From an uncultured Deferribacteraceae bacterium (GTDB lineage Bacteria > Chrysiogenota > Deferribacteres > CAMZNJ01), in assembly GCA_947313855.1 (NCBI GenBank), contig CAMZNS010000035.1, positions 2,435-66,434 on the forward strand: DNA of 64,000 bases. Direction: 5' to 3'. Below the pieces are notes generated by a model. It worked only from the letters and a program-made list of their open reading frames with translations. It searched no databases and had not been told where the DNA came from. A program made the position numbers and the translations under genes. Each line of letters starts with the position of its first letter. Positions within the stretch are counted from its first letter, which is position 1. This document shows, piece after piece, positions 1 to 8,439 of the stretch.

Positions 1-59
1 TTCTAAGTGCGTATCAATCTTCACCGCGGTGTCCATTGTTCTTAGAAGTCAATTTATTG

Positions 60-662
60 TTAGTTTAGGGGGTGGAAGATACGATTAAACTTAATTCCAC
101 CGTTGGGCACCTTTGACCAGATGACAAACCGAGCCTTCCCTTTAATGCTGTCAGCGTCAACGAAGCCCCAGTAGCGGCTGTCGAAGCTGTTTTCACGATT
201 GTCGCCCATGGCAAAATATTTGTTTTCGGGGATGGTGAATTCGGGCATATTGTCGCGATATGATGTAAAGCTAGTGCCAAAAGTTGAGATGGTGATGTAG
301 TCTTCCTGTTGCGGTGCACCATTGATGTAGAGAACTTTATCTTTGACAGCAATAGTGTCGCCAGGGATACCAACGATGCGTTTAACATAGTTTTGGCTCG
401 GAACAATGCCGAATTTGAACACAACAATGTCGCCACGCTCAACACTACTCCATAGGTAGGACATTTTGTCCACAAAAATCCTATCGCCAACGTTAATAGT
501 GGTTTCCATGGATCCTGTGGGCACCTTGTAAAGCTCAAACACAAATGGACGTACAATCCCAAAGGCAATGACAAACGTAATGGCAATAGCTTCTAGCCAG
601 TCAAGAAAAACTCGCCTTGTGGTTTTGGGCAAGTGGATGGTTTCCTTCTTCCTAGATAACAT
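60..662 (-). CDS. lepB: Signal peptidase I
   Basis: VPTGSMETT catalytic Ser, YVKRIVG Lys, GDNRENSFDSRYWG; follows lepA; start set at ATG 662 (GAGG upstream), ORF extends to 719. Confidence 0.95.
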   Translation of the reverse strand: MLSRKKETIHLPKTTRRVFLDWLEAIAITFVIAFGIVRPFVFELYKVPTGSMETTINVGDRIFVDKMSYLWSSVERGDIVVFKFGIVPSQNYVKRIVGIPGDTIAVKDKVLYINGAPQQEDYITISTFGTSFTSYRDNMPEFTIPENKYFAMGDNRENSFDSRYWGFVDADSIKGKARFVIWSKVPNGGIKFNRIFHPLN

Positions 663-743
663 AAGAATCCTCGTAATAGTCTTTCGTTTGCTAGCGTTGA
701 CGTTGAGTAGTTGTGGCACTGAAAAGCGGTGAATATTTTGTTG

Positions 744-2558
744 CTACTTACCTTTGGCGTCATCTTCGAGGGTGAGGATGGAGAGGAACGCCTCTTGCGG
801 TATCTCCACGCTCCCAATACTTTTCATACGTTTTTTACCAGCTTTCTGTTTCTCTAAAAGTTTACGTTTGCGTGAAACGTCTCCGCCGTAGCATTTTGCT
901 GTAACATTTTTGCGAAACGCACCTATCTTGGTACTGGCAATGATTTTTGTACCGATGGCGGACTGTATGCTAATGTCAAACATCTGCCTTGGGATTACGG
1001 TTTTCAGTCTGTCCACGAAATCACGTCCTTTGTAGTAGGCGTTGTCTTTGTGGACAATGACTGCTAGTGCGTCCACAACATCTTTGTTGATCATGATGTC
1101 AAGTTTGACGAGGTTTGATTGTCGGTACTCGAAAAATTCGTAATCGAAGGAGGCATACCCTTTTGTTTGCGATTTGAGTTTGTTGTAGAAGTCGGTGACA
1201 ACTTCGCCCATGGGCAGGTAGTATTCGATGACAGCACGTCGTTCTCCGAGATAGCGGATATCTTTTTGCACCCCACGTCGACTTTGGAGTAGTTGTATGA
1301 CCTTCCCCACGTAGTCGGTTGGTACGATAACAGTGGATGTTATGAACGGTTCGCTAATGCTACTGTATTTGTTTGGTGGTGGTAGTTTGGAGGGGTTGTC
1401 GATTTCGATTGTGGTTCCGTCTGTGAGCCCGATGCGATAGATAACTGATGGTGCTGTTGTGATGAGGTTGAGGTTGAATTCTCGTTCGAGTCGTTCCTGT
1501 GTGACGTCCATGTGTAGTAGTCCGAGGAAGCCACATCGGAACCCAAACCCTAGTGCTGAGGAGGTTTCAGCTTCGTAGTGTATGGATGAGTCGTTTAGGG
1601 TAAGTTTTTCTAAGGCGTCTCGGAGGGTTTCGTATTCCGCTGAGTCCACGGGGTACATACCGCAGAACACCACAGGTTTGACCGCCTTGAAGCCGGGTAG
1701 TGCTTCGTCACAGGGGTTGTCTTCGTTTGTGATGGTGTCCCCTATCATGATGTCTGAAACGGTTTTGATGGCACCGGAAATGAATCCTACTTCACCGGAG
1801 TACAGTGTTCCGACATCTGTGGCCGATGGTGCGAAGTAGCCCATGAAGTCTGCTTCGTATTTGGCTTTGCGTCCCATAAACATGAGTTTGTCGTTGAGGT
1901 TCATCGTCCCTTCGAACACACGAAACAGAGCCATGGCACCGCGATAGTTGTCGTACCAAGAGTCGAACACGAGAGCACGTAAGGGCATGTGTGATTTGTC
2001 TTCTGGTGGTGGTATGGTTTTGATAATGGCTTCGAGTATCTCTTTTGTACCCGCACCGGTTTTGGATGAGGCGAGTATTGCGTCGCTGGCGTCGATGCCG
2101 ATGAAGTCTTCGATTTCGTCACGCACTTTTTCAGGATCGGCTGCAGGGAGGTCGATTTTATTGAGTACGGGAACAATTGCCAAGTTGTGATCGATTGCCA
2201 TGTAGACGTTGGCGATGGTTTGTGCTTCCACCCCTTGGGCAGCATCCACAACAAGGAGCACGCCTTCGCATGATGATAGTGCTCGTGAGACTTCGTAGGA
2301 GAAGTCAACGTGTCCGGGTGTATCGATGAGGTTTAGTTGGTATGTGTTTCCGTCGTCGGCTTTGTAGGATAGTCGCACCGTTTGTGCTTTGATGGTGATG
2401 CCCCTCTCCCGTTCGATATCCATGCTGTCTAGGAGCTGAGATTTCATGTCACGGCTTTCAACCGCACTGGTAAACTCTATGAGTCTATCGGCAAGTGTAC
2501 TTTTCCCGTGATCGATATGGGCGATGATGCTAAAGTTGCGTATAAGTTTATGATCCAT
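744..2558 (-). CDS. lepA: Elongation factor 4 (LepA)
   Basis: [29 protein letters not shown]-terminal [18 protein letters not shown]. Confidence 0.98.
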   Translation of the reverse strand: MDHKLIRNFSIIAHIDHGKSTLADRLIEFTSAVESRDMKSQLLDSMDIERERGITIKAQTVRLSYKADDGNTYQLNLIDTPGHVDFSYEVSRALSSCEGVLLVVDAAQGVEAQTIANVYMAIDHNLAIVPVLNKIDLPAADPEKVRDEIEDFIGIDASDAILASSKTGAGTKEILEAIIKTIPPPEDKSHMPLRALVFDSWYDNYRGAMALFRVFEGTMNLNDKLMFMGRKAKYEADFMGYFAPSATDVGTLYSGEVGFISGAIKTVSDIMIGDTITNEDNPCDEALPGFKAVKPVVFCGMYPVDSAEYETLRDALEKLTLNDSSIHYEAETSSALGFGFRCGFLGLLHMDVTQERLEREFNLNLITTAPSVIYRIGLTDGTTIEIDNPSKLPPPNKYSSISEPFITSTVIVPTDYVGKVIQLLQSRRGVQKDIRYLGERRAVIEYYLPMGEVVTDFYNKLKSQTKGYASFDYEFFEYRQSNLVKLDIMINKDVVDALAVIVHKDNAYYKGRDFVDRLKTVIPRQMFDISIQSAIGTKIIASTKIGAFRKNVTAKCYGGDVSRKRKLLEKQKAGKKRMKSIGSVEIPQEAFLSILTLEDDAKGK

Positions 2559-2859
2559 TTTGTTAAGCTTGCACCTACTTTTATTTTGAATAACCTACTT
2601 TGTGAAGATTTTGTGTAAATTTTGTGTAAATTTTGTATAAATAAAGGCACGTCTCGTAATTTTGGGGTATGCGTTCAAAAAAGCAACGCCTCAAAGTTTA
2701 GCCAAACACAAATTCTACACATAATACAACACATTTAACATAGTTTCAACTGTATTTTATTATTGTAATCGATATTCAATAAGGTATAATGGTTTTAGAT
2801 GGTTGGCTCTCGCCTAAAATAAAACAAATATTGGTCAGCCAACACAATCAGGAGCACCC

Positions 2860-3603
2860 GTGAAACAACTAATAATAGTAAGCAACTTTCAGGAAATAGC
2901 CGACATAATCAAAGATGTACTAGTTTTCGAAGGGTACGACCCTATTGTTCTCAGTTCTTTAGAAGAGGCGGTCAAAGCTTTCAACCGAGGCAGCTTTTCC
3001 GCAGTACTATTCATCGACTACCAAAATGACGACGATGGTAGTATCGACCCCATCGTAAACTCAATACTCAGCAAAACAAAGAAAACCGTGGTGATGGAGT
3101 ACATTCATACCAAACCACAACTCACCAACAGCATAACACTAGAACACAACAACCCACACATTATAAATGGTACCACAAAACCCTACGAACAATATAATCC
3201 CGAAGAGCTCATCGCAATACTGCGTAAGGTGTTTAATCAGGATGCAGGGGAAGACGAGGGGGAAGGTGCAGGGAGAGACGACGAGGCACGGGTGCTTCAA
3301 TACGGTAACGTTACCCTTGATGCCGCCAACTTTACCCTAACGGTGTCGGGCGACAGGAGATATATTACGCCAGCACAGTCCAACCTATTGGCATACTTTA
3401 TGGAAAACCAAGGGTCAGTTATCAGCAAAACAAGCCTCATACTCGAATATCTAAACAAAAACGATATCTACGTATGGAGCGAATATCTAGACAATAATAT
3501 TAGGCAGCTACAGGAATTAGTGGGGGACAACCCGAAAAAGCCAAAAGCCATCAAGCTCATCGAGGGTATCGGCTACTATATTACGCCGGAGGCACAACAA
3601 TAA
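2860..3603 (+). CDS. Atypical OmpR/PhoB-family response regulator (receiver + winged helix)
   Basis: Receiver-like N-terminus (LFIDY, TKPY), C-terminal DNPKKPKAIKLIEGIGYYI resembling the OmpR wing; AGGAG RBS before GTG. Confidence 0.7.
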   Translation: MKQLIIVSNFQEIADIIKDVLVFEGYDPIVLSSLEEAVKAFNRGSFSAVLFIDYQNDDDGSIDPIVNSILSKTKKTVVMEYIHTKPQLTNSITLEHNNPHIINGTTKPYEQYNPEELIAILRKVFNQDAGEDEGEGAGRDDEARVLQYGNVTLDAANFTLTVSGDRRYITPAQSNLLAYFMENQGSVISKTSLILEYLNKNDIYVWSEYLDNNIRQLQELVGDNPKKPKAIKLIEGIGYYITPEAQQ

Positions 3604-3886
3604 ACGCCAATACCGTAACCACGCAACTGCACCAGCACCGTAGTACCGCTGCACCGTAGCCACGCCACGCAACTGCACCCTACTTACTGCATCCACAGCA
3701 CAACAATAAACGCCAATACCGTAACCACGCCACGCAACTGCACCCTACTACTGCATCCACAGCACAACAATAAACGCCAATACCGTAACCACGCAACTGC
3801 ACCCTACTTACTGCACCAGCACCGTAGTACCGCTGCACCCTACTACTGCATCCACAGCACAACAATAAACGCCAATACCGTAACCA
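3592..3886. repeat. Mosaic direct-repeat array with 4 copies of a 30-bp core spanning the 3' ends of two convergent genes
   Basis: GCACAACAATAAACGCCAATACCGTAACCA at 3592, 3698, 3762 and 3857; the linkers are reshuffled related modules. Confidence 0.95.
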
Positions 3887-4130
3887 ACAGTACTGCTATA
3901 GGGATATACAAAACCATGGCAAATCGATAAACCCTCGCCATCAAAAGAAGGGATACCACAAAAAACGTGATACTAGTGAATGCCACAGTAAACACGCCCA
4001 ACTCTAAGAGGGGCAGATCCAAGCCCACAACATAAAACAACAGTAAATCTGCCGCTATGAAAGTGTACAGTGCAAAAATGCTTATCCTGTAGAGGAGCAT
4101 GTAAAGTATTTTATACCGTTCTGTTCTCAT
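3843..4130 (-). CDS. Small hypothetical membrane protein (about 3 TM)
   Basis: 95-aa hydrophobic ORF directly downstream of the TSUP gene. Confidence 0.6.
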   Translation of the reverse strand: MRTERYKILYMLLYRISIFALYTFIAADLLLFYVVGLDLPLLELGVFTVAFTSITFFVVSLLLMARVYRFAMVLYIPIAVLLVTVLAFIVVLWMQ

Positions 4131-4165
4131 AAATTCAACAACCCGTGCAGCTTGCTATTTTGCAC

Positions 4166-4981
4166 CTAAATAAAATTTTTCACAAAAGATAGTATCAGTA
4201 TCACCAGAAACATCACCTTAACGTACTTGTTGGTGACACTGCCGATAAACTTAGAACTAATCTTGATACTGACATAACTACCAGCAAGAACCAACAACAC
4301 TAAATGAAAATTAACATACCCTGCAAGGTAGTAGATTAAAAGTGACACCGGTGCCGCAATACTAATGGCAAACGAGCTAATCCCGATGGCAATTTTGATG
4401 GGCAATTTGGCAACGCCAGTGAGCAGGGAGATCATCATACTCGCACCGCCAACACCGAGTATCCCAGATAATACGCCAGCACCAGCACCAAAATATGCAA
4501 TCAGTTTCATTTTGTGTGTTTCGTAGTACATCTCGCGACCATCCACAGTAATCATCCCCGACAGGCTAGTATTCTCCACCCTGTCGATTGAGGGGTACAG
4601 GAGCCCATCCGCCTTGCTACGAAAGGTCAGAATAATGGGGATAACCAGAAATAACGCGAAGATTATATGTACGGCACTGTCGGATAGGAGGAAAATCGTG
4701 AGCAACGACCCAAAAACAACACCCACAACGGAAACACCACCCATAATAAAAGCTGTTTTGAGCTGAATGTTGTCCATGCGAATGTTCACCGACGTTGTAA
4801 CAACAGCATTGACGCTCATCACTGCCATGGATATTCCGATGGCCTCTTTAATCGGCATCCCTAGTACTTGCGACAAAATGGGCACCATGATGATGCCGCC
4901 GCCAAACCCTGTAAAAACAATCATGGCACCAGCAGCAACGCCAGTGGTTAGGTAGAGAATAATATCTATAAAATCGAGCAT
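4166..4981 (-). CDS. Sulfite exporter TauE/SafE (TSUP) family protein
   Basis: GFGGGIIMVPIL and GILGVGGASMM repeats, multi-TM; start set at ATG 4981 (GAGGT upstream). Confidence 0.85.
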   Translation of the reverse strand: MLDFIDIILYLTTGVAAGAMIVFTGFGGGIIMVPILSQVLGMPIKEAIGISMAVMSVNAVVTTSVNIRMDNIQLKTAFIMGGVSVVGVVFGSLLTIFLLSDSAVHIIFALFLVIPIILTFRSKADGLLYPSIDRVENTSLSGMITVDGREMYYETHKMKLIAYFGAGAGVLSGILGVGGASMMISLLTGVAKLPIKIAIGISSFAISIAAPVSLLIYYLAGYVNFHLVLLVLAGSYVSIKISSKFIGSVTNKYVKVMFLVILILSFVKNFI

Positions 4982-5367
4982 GGTAAATGCAACCTCAAAG
5001 TTAGTCTCAGCGTTAGTCTCAGCGTTAATATTAGTAGTAGACACCTGTGGCGTACGTACGTCAAGGTATTTTTCGGCGTAGGTGTCTGCAATCCCTATCT
5101 TTTGCAAGACATGACGCGAGTAGTCTTACATAACATATGCAATTAGCATTGTAACACAATCCTATCATAAACACCAGCGATAATGCAAGCTGATGAGCAA
5201 CGTCTGTTATAAATTTGAAACACCACCTGCAATATAACTTGTTGTCCACTTATTTTACATTTTCAGTATTAATTGTGTCTATAAAAGTTAACACTTCGGG
5301 GTGCGTACAGTGTGCAAAAAAACTTACGCTACCCCATAGCAAGTCAATAAACACAGGGCTTTAGCCG

Positions 5368-5384
5368 TTGGCATAATACTTGCT
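5368..5384 (+). promoter_or_regulatory. Sigma-54 (-24/-12) promoter upstream of lpxC
   Basis: TTGGCATAATACTTGCT: GG at 5370 and GC at 5382 with canonical spacing. Confidence 0.7.
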
Positions 5385-5505
5385 ATAGACTAGATGAATA
5401 GACTTTGACTAGGGAAGCAAAACCTTGATCCTGAGAAGGTAGTTACACTAATTTAAGCCTATACCCAAGTTGCATAAAAATAAATAAATTGAGGAAACCA
5501 AAAAT

Positions 5506-6435
5506 ATGTTTCAAAAAACCATCGACAAAAGCATTACAATTGACGGAATTGGTATTCATAGCGGTCAAGTTGTAAGAGTTGTCTTGCATCCCGATTTTGC
5601 CAACACAGGCATCTCCATGAGAAAAATCACTAACAACAACGCACAAACCACCTATGTTAAGACCTCCCCCGAATTGGTGAAAAGCACCTTCCTAGCTACG
5701 ATTATCGGACTACCATCTGGCGACGTCAGTACCGTCGAACACCTCATGTCAGCACTGATTGGACTTGGCATCGATAATGTCAAAATCGACTTCTACAACG
5801 ACGAATGCCCCATTATGGATGGCAGTGCACGTCCCTTCGTGGAAAAAATACTTGAAACTGGCATAAACCAACTCGCTCACCCCAAAAAATTCCTCAAAAT
5901 TGTCAAGCCGTTCAATATCGTCGATGGCGACAAATATATTGAGGTTATCCCCTCAAGGTTCTTCAAAGTTACAACTGAAATCGAATACCCGCACCCCATG
6001 ATTAGACGCAGTAAGGCTTCCGTCAATGTCCAACCCGAATCCTACATCGAAACCGTATGCCAAGCACGTACGTTCGGATTCAAAAGCGATGCGGACAAAC
6101 TACTCTCCATGGGGCTCTCCAAGGGTGCTTCCCTGAAAAACACTGTTGTGTTCGACGACAGTGGACTGCTCAACGAAGAGGGGTTACGCGTGGAAAATGA
6201 ACCCGTAATGCACAAACTCCTTGATATTATCGGCGACGTTGCCCTCATCGGCATGCCAATAATGGGACATATTCGTGCTTACAAAAGTGGTCACAGCATC
6301 AACAATATGCTTGCAAGGCGGATTGCTACCGATAGCAGTGTTGCCGAGCTTATCGACGTGAACATCGTCCCTGAGCTCAACGAACAGCTTGTTCTACCTG
6401 TGTTCCAAAACTTATCCCTGGGGAATGCCTCCTAG
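5506..6435 (+). CDS. lpxC: UDP-3-O-acyl-N-acetylglucosamine deacetylase
   Basis: GIGIHSG, TVEHLMSAL, PIMDGSA, ARTFGF, HKLLDIIGD, SGH motifs. Confidence 0.97.
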   Translation: MFQKTIDKSITIDGIGIHSGQVVRVVLHPDFANTGISMRKITNNNAQTTYVKTSPELVKSTFLATIIGLPSGDVSTVEHLMSALIGLGIDNVKIDFYNDECPIMDGSARPFVEKILETGINQLAHPKKFLKIVKPFNIVDGDKYIEVIPSRFFKVTTEIEYPHPMIRRSKASVNVQPESYIETVCQARTFGFKSDADKLLSMGLSKGASLKNTVVFDDSGLLNEEGLRVENEPVMHKLLDIIGDVALIGMPIMGHIRAYKSGHSINNMLARRIATDSSVAELIDVNIVPELNEQLVLPVFQNLSLGNAS

Positions 6436-6505
6436 CCCCACCAAACAATACTGCAGGCAGTCGACTAGTCCTGTACGCACTCCAAGTAGATTACAACATA
6501 TGAGC

Positions 6506-6547
6506 AAAAAGACCAGCATGGGCGTTAATCCCACACTGGTCTTTTTT
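6506..6547. terminator. Bidirectional intrinsic terminator between lpxC and the NCS2 gene
   Basis: AAAAAGACCAG...CTGGTCTTTTTT inverted repeat with A and T tails. Confidence 0.85.
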
Positions 6548-6642
6548 ATTACTTATTCTTTACTCCACTGTGCGGAACATATCTCAACATAATACATCAA
6601 CACAAATCCACACGTGTACGGCTCCCAAGGCTCCCAAAACTC

Positions 6643-7941
6643 TTACACAAAGTGGCTACCAATTTTGACGATAAACAAAGCAGCAATAACATACGTCAAC
6701 CAATACACCTCGCGAAAACGCCCTTTAGCAGTCATCAACACAGTGTACAAAATAATACCCAGAGAGATACCCTCAGCAATGGAGTACCCCAAAGGTATGA
6801 TGGCAATGGTGATAAATGCTGGCACAGAGGTTTCGATGCAGTCGAAGTCCACCCCCAGTAGCTGTTTAAACATGAGGAAACCAACTACAACAAGAACAGG
6901 TGTCGTAGCAAATATGGGAACAACGCTAAACAAAGGGTAAAACATCAGAGCAGCAAGGAACAAAACACCAACAGTAACCGCCGTCAACCCTGTACGACCA
7001 CCAGCACTCACACCCGCACCACTCTCAACAACTGTTGTTACCGTGGATGTGCCGAAGATGGCTCCCACCAAAGTGCCGATGGCATCAGAGATAAAACCAC
7101 GCTTCACATTTTTAATGCGTCCATCCGGTTCCACAAGGTTGGCTGTTCGTGCAACAGCCATGAACGTTCCTGCCGTGTCAAAAATGTCCACAAACAGGAA
7201 TATGGCCAACACAACCATGAAATCCAAAGTGAACAGCTGCGAAAAATCGAAGTGCAGGAATGTGCCACTAACATCGGGCAAGCTGACTACAGTGCCTATC
7301 CCCGACAGGTCGGTGAGCCCAAACGGAATCCCCATAATCGTCGTAACCACTATGCCAATAAACAACGCTCCCACAACTTTGTACATATAAAGTAGTGCTG
7401 TAATTGCGATACCGATCAACGCCAAAATAGCCATGGGGCTTTGGAGGTAACCGATGGTGGTCACAGGAACACCTTGGACGATTATGCCTGCGTTGGCAAA
7501 TCCGATATAAGCAACAAACAGCCCGATACCAGCACCGATAGCGTATTTGAGATCCATGGGTATGCTCTTGATAACCAGCTCCCGAATATTGAAAATGGAT
7601 AAGACCAGGAATATTAGTCCCTCAACAAACACGGCCGCCAGAGCCATCTGCCAGGTGTATCCCATGCCAAGAACAACTGTGTACGCAAAGAACGCGTTCA
7701 AGCCCATGCCAGGCATTAACGCAAACGGTAGCTTCGCCAAAAGCCCCATCACTATGGACGCAACCGCTGCTGCAATGGCAGTCGCAGCAAACGCACCCTC
7801 CTTTGGCACACCAGCATCGCTAAGAATAGCGGGGTTTACCGAAAGTATATAAATAATGGTAGCAAAGGTTGTAAAGCCAGCAATAACCTCTGTTTTCACA
7901 CTCGTATTGTTTTCGCGAAGAGCGAATAACTTTTCCAACAT
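6643..7941 (-). CDS. NCS2/AzgA-family purine permease
   Basis: TEVIAGFTTF, PGMGLNAFF, FDTAGT, ESGAGVSAGGRTGLTA; start ATG 7941 or GTG 7950. Confidence 0.93.
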   Translation of the reverse strand: MLEKLFALRENNTSVKTEVIAGFTTFATIIYILSVNPAILSDAGVPKEGAFAATAIAAAVASIVMGLLAKLPFALMPGMGLNAFFAYTVVLGMGYTWQMALAAVFVEGLIFLVLSIFNIRELVIKSIPMDLKYAIGAGIGLFVAYIGFANAGIIVQGVPVTTIGYLQSPMAILALIGIAITALLYMYKVVGALFIGIVVTTIMGIPFGLTDLSGIGTVVSLPDVSGTFLHFDFSQLFTLDFMVVLAIFLFVDIFDTAGTFMAVARTANLVEPDGRIKNVKRGFISDAIGTLVGAIFGTSTVTTVVESGAGVSAGGRTGLTAVTVGVLFLAALMFYPLFSVVPIFATTPVLVVVGFLMFKQLLGVDFDCIETSVPAFITIAIIPLGYSIAEGISLGIILYTVLMTAKGRFREVYWLTYVIAALFIVKIGSHFV

Positions 7942-8313
7942 CCCATTCACCTCAAACTGTATATTTCCAGGGGAGCAGGGTTTCGATGCCCTAGATAGGA
8001 GTACTTTACACTAGGGTTTCGCACAAATCAACCATTTTATAATAAAAATATCTCAGGTTATACAAATATAATTAGGAGTGCTGCTAAATACTAGAACGAA
8101 TTCGAATGTGTTATAATAACTAAGAGGTCTGTTGTTATTGCCTACTAGGCTCAAAAATATATACCTACTTAATATATCTTACAATCCTGCAGGAACAAAT
8201 ATTAATATTTTATAATATCCAGGGGGTTTTTCCCTGATTTGCAGACAAAACTAAGGTGATGTGTTATATTTTTCAACGTTTAACCTTTCATCGGAGCATA
8301 AAAATCGGAGCAT

Positions 8314-8338
8314 AAAAAAGGGGTGCCAACAGCACCCC
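8314..8338 (-). terminator. Intrinsic terminator downstream of ileS
   Basis: Minus strand GGGGTGC-tgttg-GCACCCC followed by TTTTTT. Confidence 0.85.
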
Positions 8339-8359
8339 CCCCCTCTAGCGTATGACTAA

Positions 8360-8434
8360 GTGTGCAGACAGTTTACGCAAGCAACACTGCACACGCCACA
8401 CACGTGCACATTGCCACACGCCACGCACGTGCAC
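8360..8434. repeat. Hairpin followed by a duplicated 20-mer, next to the ileS stop
   Basis: GTGTGCAG (8360) / CTGCACAC (8387); CACACGCCAC(A/G)CACGTGCAC at 8390 and 8415. Confidence 0.8.
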
Positions 8435-8439
8435 TGCGA

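Noticed and set aside
3592-3886. CRISPR array (30-bp repeat x4)
   Set aside because: Spacers are 76, 34 and 65 bp and related to each other; the repeat is coding sequence of the adjacent genes; no cas genes.
7951-8300. Purine riboswitch upstream of the NCS2 permease
   Set aside because: I could not find the conserved TTTCTAC/CCGTAAA core on the minus strand; an Rfam scan would settle it.
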